DNA of 64,000 nucleotides from an uncultured Gammaproteobacteria bacterium (GTDB lineage Bacteria > Pseudomonadota > Gammaproteobacteria > CAWCPV01). The notes under the pieces were generated by a model. The model was not told where the DNA came from. It made no database searches and saw only the letters and a list, made by a program, of their open reading frames with translations. Numbering within the stretch: the first letter of the stretch is position 1; every line of letters begins with the position of its first letter. The DNA lies in contig CAWCPV010000004.1 in assembly GCA_963797555.1 (NCBI GenBank), positions 704,001 through 768,000 of the forward strand, in the 5' to 3' direction. This document shows positions 23,129 to 34,350 of this stretch, in pieces. Position numbers and translations under genes: made by a program.

Positions 23129-23245
23129 AGTCTGCGGGGCGGTGGGCCGCGGGAAGTTCCCGCCGAACCAGGCAGCTACCGCCGGGTGGAAGGCGGGCAG
23201 TACCATACCGCATCAGTAAATCGTTTATCGGGGATCGGGAGAAAA
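23129..23245 (-). repeat. Second copy of the lhr upstream region and first ~26 codons (partner copy at 21673-21790)
   Basis: [26 protein letters not shown] versus [26 protein letters not shown]; the upstream DNA is also near-identical. Confidence 0.92.
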
Positions 23246-23551
23246 GGCCGCCCAAAGGAACACTGCGGGAAGCCCTGCTCGCAGACGGCGGGCAACTGTT
23301 CCCTCATTCCAGGACCTTTATCAGTCGACGCCTTCGTTCATCAACGGCCTTCTTCAGGTCAAAGTACGCGGCAAGGTACGCCGACCTTACACTCACCCGC
23401 AAAAAGAGCCGCCGCTGGACGATGAGGTATCATGGAATACATCGATTTGAGCAAAGAGGGTTTGCGGCTGCCTAGCTCGTGCGCGGAATCGGCGATGAAT
23501 TGTGGGTGCCGGCGGTCTGCGGACGCCGATACCTGCGGAAGGAGGTGATGC

Positions 23552-23893
23552 ATGGCGATCACGGTGGACGGCACCAACATCGAAACGGACGAGGAAGGCT
23601 ATCTTTTGGACCCGGCTGCTTGGAACCGGACGGTGGCCGAGAAGCTTGCAGAGGATGAGGGCCTCGCTCTGGACTCCGAGCGGTGGTACGTGGTGAACTT
23701 TGTGCGGCGCTATTATGAGGAGCGAAGCTCGGTTCCCGAGGCACGTACCGTGCTCAAGGCCATGGGAGAAGAGCTTGGTCCGGTGAAGGCGACACGCAAG
23801 TACCTATACCGGCTGTTCCCTTATGGCTATGGTCAGCAGGCATGCAAGATCGCCGGCATGCGCAAGCCCCGGAAATTGATGCTGGACGTTTAG
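23552..23893 (+). CDS. TusE/DsrC/DsvC-family protein lacking the C-terminal Cys
   Basis: TDEEGYL..W..A, LYRLFPYG, QACKIAGMRKP; ends LMLDV; strong AGGAGGT RBS. Confidence 0.9.
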   Translation: MAITVDGTNIETDEEGYLLDPAAWNRTVAEKLAEDEGLALDSERWYVVNFVRRYYEERSSVPEARTVLKAMGEELGPVKATRKYLYRLFPYGYGQQACKIAGMRKPRKLMLDV

Positions 23894-24142
23894 TGCGCCG
23901 TCTCACAATATAGCGTCGCAGGGGCGGAGCCTGTTAAATCACTACAGACCGACTCGGGCACCCACAGGATTCCGCGAAGACCCCATTTTTATGAGACACT
24001 CCACCAGCAGTGGGGCGCGCGGACGCCCAGTCGGTGCGGACAGCTCGTGACCGTGCGGGGCGTGTGTGCGCGTGCCGCCCGCCATGTAGTCCGGGCCCTT
24101 CCTTGCGGATGCTACCGGTTCACGCGGTGCGTTCGGGCCATG

Positions 24143-24487
24143 TCAGCGTTTCGGGAAAAGCCCGACGACAATGGTGATGACGTGCGCCGCGATCGTGATG
24201 ATCACTGCGGGTAGCGCGACGGGGAGGAGGCTCAAGACTAACGCACCGGCCGGGAAGGCAACGAGCCACGGACGTTCGACCACCATGGCTCTCAGCCACG
24301 CGACCGCGATGCTGAGCGCAAAGAACGTGAGATATGGTACGACGAGCAGGTTGAACTCGATGCCCCGGCGGAACAGAGAAGGGAAGGTCTGTGCGGTATC
24401 CAGTCCAAAATGTGGTAGCACCAAGGGCAGTACGGACAAGACTAGGTAGGCCACGAAGAACAGGGCTGGATCTTCGAACGTCTTCAT
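24143..24487 (-). CDS. Small integral membrane protein
   Basis: About 4 hydrophobic segments; AAGGAG RBS before ATG 24487. Confidence 0.6.
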   Translation of the reverse strand: MKTFEDPALFFVAYLVLSVLPLVLPHFGLDTAQTFPSLFRRGIEFNLLVVPYLTFFALSIAVAWLRAMVVERPWLVAFPAGALVLSLLPVALPAVIITIAAHVITIVVGLFPKR

Positions 24488-24867
24488 TTTGTCTCCTTTT
24501 CTGGGGGATGCGACGGTCATAGCCGTGGACTCGTCCGAGCTGTATTTTTCACACCCGGTCCTGAGCGTTTTCGGGAAGCCGAATACCCGCCGAGCCGTGA
24601 GCGGTGCAGGACGGCCCGCATATGGTAGCCGGTGCCGAGTGCCGACGACAGACACCAACGAACCATCGTGGACTGCGTCACCGTCGCGATACTAATTCGT
24701 CTGCCAGACGTGACGCGCGATCGCGCAAGTCAAATACTCGTCCGGCATGGCCCGTTCCATCCCGACTCCAGACAAGCACCGTCCGGCTTCGAGGATAGTC
24801 CGGCCGTGGGGAGACACCCAACCCGGGCGTGGACGGCCCGCACCGTGTCTCGGCACCCAGAGGGCCG

Positions 24868-25308
24868 GTGAGCGCGCAGCCGCAGACGACCGATCCGGGC
24901 ATCCGGCCCGGCCTGCCGCGGCGCCTGGGGGCCATCGGTTACGATGCTTTGTTGCTGTTCTCGGTGCTGTACTTCGCCACCTTTCTCGTGCTCCTGTGGA
25001 GCGGCGGGCACGCCATCGCGCCATCGAAGCCCTGGTTCCAGGCGTACCTGCTGGCCGTGGCGTTCCTGTACTTCGCTTGGCCTTGGACCCGAACCGGCCA
25101 GACTCTGGGGATGCGGGCCTGGCGCATCCGGGTGGTCCTGCCCGATGGAAGCCCCATCGGCTGGAAACAGGCTACGCTGCGGCTGAGCGCCGCCCTGCTT
25201 TCCTGGATGGCTCTGGGCGGGGGATTTCTGTGGATGCTGGTGGACCGGGATCGGCTGACATGGCACGACAGGCTGTCTGGCACGGTGCTCGTGCTGACCA
25301 GCCCGTGA
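24868..25308 (+). CDS. RDD-family membrane protein
   Basis: RRLGAIGYD, GQTLGMRAWRIRV, WHDRLSGT; usual position near lptG. Confidence 0.9.
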   Translation: MSAQPQTTDPGIRPGLPRRLGAIGYDALLLFSVLYFATFLVLLWSGGHAIAPSKPWFQAYLLAVAFLYFAWPWTRTGQTLGMRAWRIRVVLPDGSPIGWKQATLRLSAALLSWMALGGGFLWMLVDRDRLTWHDRLSGTVLVLTSP

Positions 25309-25341
25309 TGCTGTCGTGACCCTCGCCTGGAGCAGGCGTCG

Positions 25342-25556
25342 GAGCTCGTGAAGAAATCGTCGCGAGCGGCTTGAGAGCACGGCGGCCGGAGCGCAGCGAC
25401 GAGACCTATTTGGTCGATAGGGGAGGAGCGACCGAATGGCAGGACAGCCATTCGGCACGTCCCCGAGACGCCCCGACAGGGGTGGCGTACAGGGAGGTAC
25501 GCCATGACCACCGCGCAACGCCGCTATCGGGACGCGCAGCAGATCATTCACAAGCT
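25342..25556. repeat. MITE/REPIN-like element between convergent genes
   Basis: Imperfect ends AGCTCGTGAA / TTCACAAGCT; internal hairpin GGCGTAC..GTACGCC; about 100 bp shared with 58700-58806. Confidence 0.6.
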
Positions 25557-25557
25557 T

Positions 25558-26616
25558 TCAGAAAATGCAGACTCGGGCCTGGGGCCCGGAGGTCCACAGG
25601 GAGTCATCGGCGCGCTGAATGCGCAACGAGAGGTTGACGCACCGCGATTTCATTGCCGCTAGGGCCTGCTGCGCCCGCCAGCCGGTGCGCAGATAGGCGG
25701 GGTCTCCCAGGTACTCCACAACGTCCTGGCGAGGCAGCCCGTAGCTCATCTCGTGCGCGGGCTGGCCGTCGAGCAGCACCTGCACCCCCTTCACTGGTCC
25801 CGGGCGGCGCTGGTCCGCGGCCCAACCGACCACCGTGAGATCCGATGCGGTACTTCGATCGATGCGAAACACGAAGGAGTCCGCGCTGCGCCTGCCCGGG
25901 TGCCAGACCTGATCGTTGATGTCGTTGATGTTGAACCTGACGTTCCCGTCCGAATCCTGGTACACGCTGCGGATCCAGTAGAGGAGGCGCTCCCGGGAGT
26001 GCGTCAGACCTGTCCTCCGCAGCCACGCCTGGTACAGGTCGAAGACCCGCCTCCCCACGCTGGCCTTCGAGTGAACCAGATAGTGCCAGGAAAACTGCTC
26101 TCGGGCTTCGTCGAGGCTCGCGTCTTCGTCGAGGATGATGGCCAGCGCACTGGCGAGACCGGACCGGTCCGCGCCCAGCTCGCAGTGCAGCAGCAAGGGA
26201 CGCGGGGCCGATTGAAGCACCTCGACGAGCTTGAGCAAATCACCGATGCGAGGGAGCTGATAGGCGCGCAGCGCGACGTCATAGTGACGAATCCCGAGCG
26301 CGTGGGTGGCTGCCACCTCGTCGCGGTACCATGCCTCGCTCGGGTTCGCCCCGCGCAGATTCAGCACCGTGCGGATACCATAATCGCGTGCCAGCGCGTC
26401 GAGATCGCCTACACTCGGCTGGGCGCTGCGGTAGATCTCCCCTGCCGTGACCACGTGGAAGTTGCCGCGCAGCAGCCAATATCCCGACGCCAGGCCCGTT
26501 GCCACGAGCAGAACCGCCACCAGCCGCGCGGTGCGGCCCGCGGACCGACGGTCGCTGGCAACGCAGAATTCTCGCGGCAAGGCGGAATACGGCGGAAGAT
26601 CAGGCTGTGCTGACAC
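25558..26616 (-). CDS. Membrane-anchored dual-specificity/tyrosine phosphatase-family protein with extra C-terminal domain
   Basis: N-terminal TM helix; YRSAQP, VLNLRG and the CX5R motif HCELGADRSG. Confidence 0.85.
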   Translation of the reverse strand: MSAQPDLPPYSALPREFCVASDRRSAGRTARLVAVLLVATGLASGYWLLRGNFHVVTAGEIYRSAQPSVGDLDALARDYGIRTVLNLRGANPSEAWYRDEVAATHALGIRHYDVALRAYQLPRIGDLLKLVEVLQSAPRPLLLHCELGADRSGLASALAIILDEDASLDEAREQFSWHYLVHSKASVGRRVFDLYQAWLRRTGLTHSRERLLYWIRSVYQDSDGNVRFNINDINDQVWHPGRRSADSFVFRIDRSTASDLTVVGWAADQRRPGPVKGVQVLLDGQPAHEMSYGLPRQDVVEYLGDPAYLRTGWRAQQALAAMKSRCVNLSLRIQRADDSLWTSGPQARVCIF

Positions 26617-26626
26617 CGATGTACTC

Positions 26627-27691
26627 CTAGTAGACCCGGCGCAGCATCACGAATGCCAAGGACAGAAACAGCACGCTGGGAAGGAAGGCGCTCACGAATG
26701 GGCTCAGATTATACACGAGACCCACGTGCCCCAGAGTCTGGTTCAGGAGATAGAAGCCCATACCGACCAGCGTTCCCGCCATGATGCGTTGACCCACTCC
26801 CACGCTGCGCAACGTCCCGAAAACGAAGGGGATGGCGACGAACACCATTACCCCGGTGGAGAATGGCGCAGCCAGCTTCACCCACAATGCCAGTTGGTAG
26901 CGCCGCGCATCCTGTTTGTTCGCCCGCAGGTACTGGATGTAGGTCCAGAGCCCGGTGAAGGAAAGGTCTTGGGGGTCCACCACCACCACCTTGACCAAGT
27001 CCGGCCGCAGCAGCGTCTCCCAGTCCGCCCGGACCATATGCTGCTCGGAGACGCCGTCTTGCGAGATGTGATAGATATCGATGTCCCTGAGCTGCCAGTT
27101 GCCGTCCAGGAAGCTGGCCTCCTTGGCATGCGCCACTGTCCTGAGTCGTCGATCCTTGTCGAACTCGTACACGGTGATGTCCCCCAAGTGGGCGCCGGCC
27201 AGCACTTGGCGGATGTTGATGAAGCGCAAGCCGTCGCGCACCCAGAACCCGTGTCGGGATTTCAGGGCGATCTGTCCGGACAGGGCGATCGAGCGCATGG
27301 TTTGGGCATACTGCTCGCCGGCGGGCGCGACCCACTCGCCGAGCAGTGTGACCGCCACCATGAGCACCACACCCACCCGCGCCAACGCGCCGACGATCCG
27401 TGCCATGGATACGCCGCCTGCGCGCATGGCGGTCAGCTCGCTGCTCGCCGCAAGGGAGCCCAGACCGATCAGGGTCCCTAGGAGAGCGCAGGCAGGAAAC
27501 AGCTCGTAGATGCGGCGCGGGATGGTGAGAGCGACGTATTCCACCACGAGCAGCAAGCCGTAACGTCCGCGGCCCAGAGCCCCCAACTCGTCCAGGAAGG
27601 CGAGAAACGTGTAGATCGCCACCAGCACCGTGGCCACCACCACGACATTGGCGGCCACCGTCTGGGCGATGTAGCGCTCCAGTACCTTCAT
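26627..27691 (-). CDS. lptG: LPS export ABC permease LptG
   Basis: MKVLERYIA, LASSELTAMRAGGVS, GFWVRDG; coupled to lptF. Confidence 0.93.
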   Translation of the reverse strand: MKVLERYIAQTVAANVVVVATVLVAIYTFLAFLDELGALGRGRYGLLLVVEYVALTIPRRIYELFPACALLGTLIGLGSLAASSELTAMRAGGVSMARIVGALARVGVVLMVAVTLLGEWVAPAGEQYAQTMRSIALSGQIALKSRHGFWVRDGLRFINIRQVLAGAHLGDITVYEFDKDRRLRTVAHAKEASFLDGNWQLRDIDIYHISQDGVSEQHMVRADWETLLRPDLVKVVVVDPQDLSFTGLWTYIQYLRANKQDARRYQLALWVKLAAPFSTGVMVFVAIPFVFGTLRSVGVGQRIMAGTLVGMGFYLLNQTLGHVGLVYNLSPFVSAFLPSVLFLSLAFVMLRRVY

Positions 27692-28785
27692 GCGAGCCGC
27701 CTTGCCCCCAGAGGGGGGGCGGACCGGCGCAGCCACCCGTTTCTGCGGGCCAGCATGATGGCCAGGGCCAACAAACCCCCGTGCACCCACCACATGCCGA
27801 CGAGCGGCGGTATGTCTCCATGCTGCAGCCACGCGCGCGCGAGGCCCAGCGTGTTCGAGTAAACGAGGTAGATGAGGACGGCGGCCGTCACGTGGGTAAA
27901 GCGTCCCTGCCGCGCGGTCATGGACGTGAGGCTCACGGCCATCAGCGTAAGCAGCAGACTGGACAGCGGCATGGAGACGCGCCACTGCAGTTCCGCGACC
28001 TCGTGGGCCTCCTTCGCTCCCAGCAGCGCCGCTGTTGGCATCGCGTCGCGCTTGCCGAACACCGGCTCGGTGTCCAGCGGGTGCAGGCGGAAAGTCTGCT
28101 CACCGTATTGCAGGATCCTGAAATCCTCGCGCCCCGGGGTCCCGAAGTAGCGATAACCGTTGAACATCTTGACCAGGCGATCGCCGGTACCCTCGTCGCG
28201 GCGGAGCACGGCGCGCTCGGCCGCGAAGATGTCCAACCCCTGATCCTGACGCGCTTGGACGAACACATTGAACAACGTCTGGTTCTTCTGGGAATAGCGC
28301 TCGGCGTAAAACACCCAGTCGCCGGTGGAGGACTCCACGAACCGCCCCGAGGCGATGGCGCTGAAGTCCGCGAGCTTTTCCGCTCGGGTCTTGATGTCGT
28401 ACCCTTCGCCCGCCGCCCAGGGGGCGATGTAGAACGCCAACACCGCCACCCCGGTCGCGGTCAGGATCGCCAGGACACCAACGGAGCGAAAGAGATATCC
28501 TGGGCCGACCCCGCAGGAGGCCAGCGCCATCGTCTCGCCGTCCCGGTGCCAGCGGCCGAGGGCGATGAGCGTCCCGAGGTAAAAGGCCACGGGCACGATC
28601 CAGGGGAGGAAGTTCACCAGCTTCAGGGCGACCAAGGTGGTGATCACATCGGGGGGCAACACCCCGGCGGCCACGTCGCCCAGATAACGCACGAACCGGT
28701 GGCTGGCGAAGATCAGCACCAGCACCGTGAGGACGGCGAGGAACGCCTGCCACACCTCCCTGGCCAAATAACGGTGGATGATCAA
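27688..28785 (-). CDS. lptF: LPS export ABC permease LptF
   Basis: MIIHRYLAREV, RWHRDGETMAL, AELQWRVS; divergent from pepA. Confidence 0.93.
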   Translation of the reverse strand: MIIHRYLAREVWQAFLAVLTVLVLIFASHRFVRYLGDVAAGVLPPDVITTLVALKLVNFLPWIVPVAFYLGTLIALGRWHRDGETMALASCGVGPGYLFRSVGVLAILTATGVAVLAFYIAPWAAGEGYDIKTRAEKLADFSAIASGRFVESSTGDWVFYAERYSQKNQTLFNVFVQARQDQGLDIFAAERAVLRRDEGTGDRLVKMFNGYRYFGTPGREDFRILQYGEQTFRLHPLDTEPVFGKRDAMPTAALLGAKEAHEVAELQWRVSMPLSSLLLTLMAVSLTSMTARQGRFTHVTAAVLIYLVYSNTLGLARAWLQHGDIPPLVGMWWVHGGLLALAIMLARRNGWLRRSAPPLGARRLA

Positions 28786-28962
28786 GCTGAGAGCCCGGGC
28801 GGACGCCTATACGGACTGGAAAGCCAGTGCTTTTCCGGTAAACTTACGCGGGTCGCCTCCAAGAAGGCGACCTCAACAAGCCTAGCGGCAAGGCCACATT
28901 GCGCGACAAGCGTACGACCGTAACAGCGTAGCACTAAAGCCGAGGAGTTTCAGGAGCCAGCG

Positions 28963-30486
28963 ATGGAGTTCACGCTCAAGAGTGGTACCCCCGAGAAACA
29001 GCGCAGCGCTTGCATCGTGGCCGGCATCTTCGAGCCGCGGCGCCTGTCGGCCGCAGCCGAACGGCTCGATCGCGCGAGCGACGGGTTTCTGTCCATGCTG
29101 CTGCGCCGCGGGGACCTGGAGGGCAAGCTCGGTCAGACGCTGCTGCTGCCGAGCGTGCACGGGATCGCAGCCGAGCGTGTCCTCCTCGTCGGCTGCGGTC
29201 GTGAGCGCGACTTGGGCGATTCCCAGTACCGCAAGATCACCGCTGCCGTCGCCGGCGTCCTCAACGGCACCGGCGCCATGGAGGCCATCTCCCGCCTCAC
29301 CGATCTGAACGTCAAGGGACGCGACCTGACCTGGAACCTGCGCCAGGCAGTCGAGGGCACGGAATGGGCTCTGTACCAGTTCGACCGCTTCAAAGGCAAG
29401 AAGGAGTCGCCCAGGCGGCCGCTGCGCCGCTTGGTGCTGAGCGTCCCGTCGCGGCGCGAGCTGGAGAGCGGCGAGCAGGCCGTGCGAGAGGGTCTGGCCA
29501 TCGCCGCGGGAGTCCGCTTGGCCAGGGACCTGGGCAACCTTCCTCCGAACGTGTGCACCCCCAGCCACCTCGCCGAGGAGGCCGTTGCACTCGGCAAGCG
29601 ATCCAAAGCCATCAAGAAGGTCGAGGTGCTCGAGACTGCGGACATGCAACGCCTCGGCATGGGCGCGCTGCTCTCCGTCGCCCGCGGCAGCCGGCAGCCG
29701 CCCAAGCTCATCACCATCGAGTACCGGGGCGTGCGCGGGCAGGCGCGGCCCACCGTCCTGGTCGGAAAGGGGGTCACTTTCGATTCCGGCGGGATCTCCA
29801 TCAAGCCGGCGTCCGCCATGGACGAGATGAAGTTCGACATGTGCGGGGCCGCTGCCGTCCTGGGCACCCTGTCTGCTGTGGCGGAGCTGGAGCTTCCGCT
29901 CAATGTCGTCGGAGTGATCCCGGCCACCGAGAACCTCCCCGACGGGAACGCCAGCAAGCCGGGGGACATTGTGACCAGTCTCTCGGGCCAGACCATCGAG
30001 ATCCTGAACACCGACGCGGAGGGCCGACTCATTCTTTGCGACGCCCTCAGCTACGCGGAGCGCTTCGATCCTCAGGCAGTGATCGACATCGCCACGCTCA
30101 CCGGCGCCTGCGTGGTCGCCCTGGGCAAGCATGCCAGTGGTCTGCTCGGCAACCACCCTCCGCTGGTGCGCGACCTCCTGCATGCGGCCCGTCTCAGCAC
30201 CGACCAGGCGTGGGAGCTGCCGCTGTGGGAAGAGTATCAGGAGCAGCTCAAGAGCAATTTCGCCGATATGGCCAATGTCGGAGGGCGCGATGCCGGCGCG
30301 ATTACTGCGGCGGCTTTCCTGGCGCGCTTCACCAAGAAGTACCACTGGGCCCACTTGGACATCGCCGGCACCGCCTGGCTGACTGGCGAGAGCAAGGGCG
30401 CCACGGGTCGGCCCGTTCCCCTGCTGACTCAGTATCTGCTCGATCGCTGCACTGAGTCGGCGGCAAGCGCCCACGCATCGCCGTGA
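28963..30486 (+). CDS. pepA: Leucyl aminopeptidase
   Basis: [31 protein letters not shown]. Confidence 0.97.
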   Translation: MEFTLKSGTPEKQRSACIVAGIFEPRRLSAAAERLDRASDGFLSMLLRRGDLEGKLGQTLLLPSVHGIAAERVLLVGCGRERDLGDSQYRKITAAVAGVLNGTGAMEAISRLTDLNVKGRDLTWNLRQAVEGTEWALYQFDRFKGKKESPRRPLRRLVLSVPSRRELESGEQAVREGLAIAAGVRLARDLGNLPPNVCTPSHLAEEAVALGKRSKAIKKVEVLETADMQRLGMGALLSVARGSRQPPKLITIEYRGVRGQARPTVLVGKGVTFDSGGISIKPASAMDEMKFDMCGAAAVLGTLSAVAELELPLNVVGVIPATENLPDGNASKPGDIVTSLSGQTIEILNTDAEGRLILCDALSYAERFDPQAVIDIATLTGACVVALGKHASGLLGNHPPLVRDLLHAARLSTDQAWELPLWEEYQEQLKSNFADMANVGGRDAGAITAAAFLARFTKKYHWAHLDIAGTAWLTGESKGATGRPVPLLTQYLLDRCTESAASAHASP

Positions 30487-30617
30487 CCCTGCGCCGGAAG
30501 AGCGGCGATCCGGTCCGGCACCCCTATCGGTTGCATCGAATACGGGCGGATCTCGAACACGGCCCTCGAATCGGCGTGACTGCGCCACACCCCAATGGCT
30601 GGCAGAGACCCTGACCA

Positions 30618-31100
30618 TTGGAGCCTGAGGACCAGCCCTCACAGCCAGGCGGCGGGGGACCGCGGATCGACTTCTACGCCCTGTCCGACGCGACGCCCGA
30701 GGCGCGCCTGCAGCTCGCCTGCCGCCTGGTCGAGAAGGCCTACCACCTCGGTCACCGCGTATATATCCACGTCGACACCCAGGAACGGGCACGCCGTCTG
30801 GACGATCTGCTGTGGACCTTCCGGGCGGGCAGCTTCCTCCCGCATGCGCTGCTGCGCGAAGCGCCCACGGACGACGAGCCGATATGGCTCGGCTACGACG
30901 CCGAGGCCTGCCCGAGGGGTGAGGTTCTGGTCAACCTGGCTGACGCCGTGCCCCCGTTCTATGGCAGCTTTCAGCGCGTCGTCGAGGTAGTGGGTCACAG
31001 CGAAGCCGAACGGCTGGGCGCCCGGAAGCGCTATCGCCTTTACCGGGAGCGCGGCCACAGCCCGCACACCCACCGGCTTTCCTCCGCCGCCGCGGGATAA
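30618..31100 (+). CDS. holC: DNA polymerase III chi subunit (start uncertain)
   Basis: [34 protein letters not shown]; between pepA and valS. Confidence 0.93.
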   Translation: MEPEDQPSQPGGGGPRIDFYALSDATPEARLQLACRLVEKAYHLGHRVYIHVDTQERARRLDDLLWTFRAGSFLPHALLREAPTDDEPIWLGYDAEACPRGEVLVNLADAVPPFYGSFQRVVEVVGHSEAERLGARKRYRLYRERGHSPHTHRLSSAAAG

Positions 31101-31103
31101 CGG

Positions 31104-31109
31104 TATAAT
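31104..31109 (+). promoter_or_regulatory. Candidate sigma70 -10 box for valS
   Basis: Perfect TATAAT about 55 bp upstream of the valS start. Confidence 0.45.
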
Positions 31110-31164
31110 CGCAGCACACCCCACGCCCCCGCACCTTCGCCCACCGAGCACCAAGCGGCCCGTG

Positions 31165-34056
31165 ATGGAAAAGAGTTACCGACCTCACGCCATCGAGACG
31201 CACTGGTACGACGTCTGGGAACGCAACGGCTATTTCGCTCCCAACGGCAGTGGCGAGCCTTACTGCATCATGCTGCCCCCCCCGAACGTGACGGGCCACC
31301 TGCACATGGGCCATGCGTTCCAGGACACCCTGATGGACGCCCTGATCCGCTATCACCGCATGCGAGGCTACAACACGCTTTGGCAGGGCGGGACAGACCA
31401 CGCCGGCATCGCTACCCAGATGGTCGTCGAACGTCAGCTCGCCAGTCACGGGCAAACACGTCACGACCTCGATCGCGAGGCGTTCGTGGAGGAAGTGTGG
31501 AAATGGAAGGCACGGTCGGGAGACACCATCACTAGTCAACTGCGGCGCCTGGGGGCCTCCATCGACTGGCCGCGCGAGAGGTTCACCTTGGACCCCGGGC
31601 TGGCTGCGGCAGTTACGGAAGTGTTCGTCCGGCTGCACGAAGAAGGCCTGATCTACCGCGGCAAACGGCTGGTGAACTGGGATCCGGTGCTGCGCACCGC
31701 CGTCTCCGACCTCGAAGTGGTCTCGGAGGAGGAAGAAGGCTCCCTGTGGCACATCCGCTATCCGCTAGCGGACGGCTCGGGATATCTCACCGTCGCGACG
31801 ACCCGGCCCGAGACGCTGCTCGGCGACGCTGCGCTGGCCGTCCATCCCGGCGACGAGCGCTACAAGCACCTGGTGGGCACTCTGGTCGAGCTGCCGGTGG
31901 CCAGACGACCGATTCCCATCATCGCCGACGAATACGTGGACCCGTCTTTCGGGACGGGCTGCGTCAAGATCACCCCCGCCCACGACTTCAACGACTACGC
32001 CGTGTGGCTGCGCCACCGCGACACCACCTGCCTGAGGGCCGTCCCTCACAACGGCCTCATCAACATCTTCACCCCCGACGCACACATCAAGGCGGACCGC
32101 ATGGACGACTTCTCCTGGGGTCACCGTGCACCCGACTGGCGTGGGCTGGAGCAAGCCGACCAGGAGGCGGTAGGCGCTCCCACTGCCAACCTGATCCCGT
32201 CCGAGTACCACGGGCTGGACCGTTTCGAGGCGCGCGCCCGGATCGTCGCCGACCTCCAGAGGGAGGCGCTGCTGGAGCGGGTGGAGTCGCACCGCCTGAT
32301 GATCCCGCGCGGGGATCGCAGCGCTGCGATCATCGAGCCATTCCTCACCGACCAGTGGTACGTCGGGGTGAGGCCGCTGGCCGCCGAGGCAATACGAGTC
32401 GTGGAGGAGGGACGCATCCGCTTCGTCCCGGAGAACTGGACCAAGACCTATTTCGAGTGGATGCGCATCATCCAGGACTGGTGCATCAGCCGCCAGATCT
32501 GGTGGGGCCATCGCATCCCCGCCTGGTACGACGAGCGGGGCAACGAGTACGTGGGCCGCAGCGAAGAGGAGGTGCGCCGCAAGCATGGGCTCGCCCCCGA
32601 GATCCCGCTGAGCCAGGACCCGGACGTGCTGGACACGTGGTTCTCCTCAGCGCTGTGGCCGTTCTCGACCCTTGGCTGGCCGGAGCACACGCCGGAGCTG
32701 GCAACGTTCTACCCCACGAGCGTTCTGGTCACCGGCTTCGACATCATTTTCTTCTGGGTCGCCCGCATGACCATGATGGGGCTCAAGTTCGCCGGCGACG
32801 TTCCGTTTCGCGATGTCTATATCCACGGCTTGGTGCGAGACGCCCACGGCCAGAAGATGTCGAAATCCAAGGGCAACGTCCTCGACCCCATCGACCTCAT
32901 CGACGGCATCGATCTGGAATCGCTGGTCGCCAAACGCGTCACCGGGCTGATGCAGCCGGAGATGGCGTCGCGCATCGAGAAAGCTACGCGGCGGGACTTT
33001 CCCGACGGCATCCCCGCCTTCGGCACGGACGCGCTGCGCTTCACCTTCGCGGCCCTGGCGTCCACCGGACGCGACATCAAGTTCGACCTCGGACGCACCG
33101 AGGGTTACCGCAACTTCTGCAACAAGCTTTGGAATGCCGCGCGCTATGTGCTGATGAACACCGAAGGGCGAGACACCGGCCTGGAGGGCGGCGAGGTGGA
33201 GCTAAGCACGCCGGACCGCTGGATCGTGTCCCGCCTGCAGGAGGCGGCGCGCCTGGTGAACGACGCGATCGCCGGGTATCGGTTCGATCACGCGGCCCAG
33301 GCGATCTACGAGTTCACCTGGAACGAGTACTGCGACTGGTATCTGGAGCTGTCCAAGCCGGTGCTCACCTCGCCACAGTCCGCGCCGGAGGCGTTGCGCG
33401 GCACGCGCCGGACGCTGGTGCAGGTCCTCGAAGCCTTGCTGCGCATCGCCCATCCCGTCATGCCGTTCATCACCGAGGAGATCTGGCAGCGCGTTGCACC
33501 GCTAGCCGGTAAGCAAGGCCCGACCATCATGCTGCAGCCCTTTCCGCAGGCGCAAGACGCGCTCATCGACCAAGACGCCTGCAGGGAGATGGAGTGGGTC
33601 ACGCAGGTGGTCCTCGGCGTGCGCAGCCTGCGCGGGGAGTTCAATCTGCCCCCCGCGCACGCTCTGACACTGCTGTTGCAGCAGGGGACCGTGGCGGACC
33701 GGGAACGGGCGGCACGCTACGAGATGTCCCTCAGACACCTGGCCAGGCTGGCGGAGCTCCGCTGGCTCGCCCCCGAGGAGCCGGCGCCCCCTGCAGCGAC
33801 CGCCTTGGCCGGCCGGCTCAAGCTGCTGATCCCGATCGCCGGATTGATCGACCGGGACGCCGAGCTGGAGCGCCTGGATCGGGAGATCGCGAAGCTGCGA
33901 GCGGATCTCGAGCGCGGACGGGACAAGCTCGCCAATCCAGCCTATGTAGACCGGGCCCCGCGAGAGATCGTGGACAGGGAGCGGAACCGTGTCGCCGAGC
34001 TGCAAGCCGCCCTCACCAAGCTCGGGCATCAACGCGAGCGCATCGGGGCGCTCTGA
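31165..34056 (+). CDS. valS: Valyl-tRNA synthetase
   Basis: [25 protein letters not shown] and C-terminal coiled coil. Confidence 0.98.
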   Translation: MEKSYRPHAIETHWYDVWERNGYFAPNGSGEPYCIMLPPPNVTGHLHMGHAFQDTLMDALIRYHRMRGYNTLWQGGTDHAGIATQMVVERQLASHGQTRHDLDREAFVEEVWKWKARSGDTITSQLRRLGASIDWPRERFTLDPGLAAAVTEVFVRLHEEGLIYRGKRLVNWDPVLRTAVSDLEVVSEEEEGSLWHIRYPLADGSGYLTVATTRPETLLGDAALAVHPGDERYKHLVGTLVELPVARRPIPIIADEYVDPSFGTGCVKITPAHDFNDYAVWLRHRDTTCLRAVPHNGLINIFTPDAHIKADRMDDFSWGHRAPDWRGLEQADQEAVGAPTANLIPSEYHGLDRFEARARIVADLQREALLERVESHRLMIPRGDRSAAIIEPFLTDQWYVGVRPLAAEAIRVVEEGRIRFVPENWTKTYFEWMRIIQDWCISRQIWWGHRIPAWYDERGNEYVGRSEEEVRRKHGLAPEIPLSQDPDVLDTWFSSALWPFSTLGWPEHTPELATFYPTSVLVTGFDIIFFWVARMTMMGLKFAGDVPFRDVYIHGLVRDAHGQKMSKSKGNVLDPIDLIDGIDLESLVAKRVTGLMQPEMASRIEKATRRDFPDGIPAFGTDALRFTFAALASTGRDIKFDLGRTEGYRNFCNKLWNAARYVLMNTEGRDTGLEGGEVELSTPDRWIVSRLQEAARLVNDAIAGYRFDHAAQAIYEFTWNEYCDWYLELSKPVLTSPQSAPEALRGTRRTLVQVLEALLRIAHPVMPFITEEIWQRVAPLAGKQGPTIMLQPFPQAQDALIDQDACREMEWVTQVVLGVRSLRGEFNLPPAHALTLLLQQGTVADRERAARYEMSLRHLARLAELRWLAPEEPAPPAATALAGRLKLLIPIAGLIDRDAELERLDREIAKLRADLERGRDKLANPAYVDRAPREIVDRERNRVAELQAALTKLGHQRERIGAL

Positions 34057-34149
34057 GCCGCGGCTCCAGCAGTTGCGCCCTGCGCGGCGTGCTTGTTTCG
34101 CGTCGGAGCTGTTGTTTATAGTGGCTCTGGCTTACGCTGGAGGATGACC

Positions 34150-34350
34150 ATGGCACCGCCGCAATCCCAAGGTCTGTCGGGGACCGCGTTTCGCCTCAGA
34201 AGGCCGGATGACGAATTCGCCGCCTTCAGCGAAGCACACATCCAGCGCATGCTGGCGAGCCGACCGAACTTCGATGAGGCGCTCTACCGGGAAGCGAGCG
34301 ACTTGGTGGCGCGCAAGCTGCGCCGCTATGCCGAGGCGAGCGCCGCATGA
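34150..34350 (+). CDS. Small hypothetical protein coupled to the SMC-like ATPase
   Basis: GGAGG RBS; ATGA overlap with the next gene. Confidence 0.6.
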   Translation: MAPPQSQGLSGTAFRLRRPDDEFAAFSEAHIQRMLASRPNFDEALYREASDLVARKLRRYAEASAA

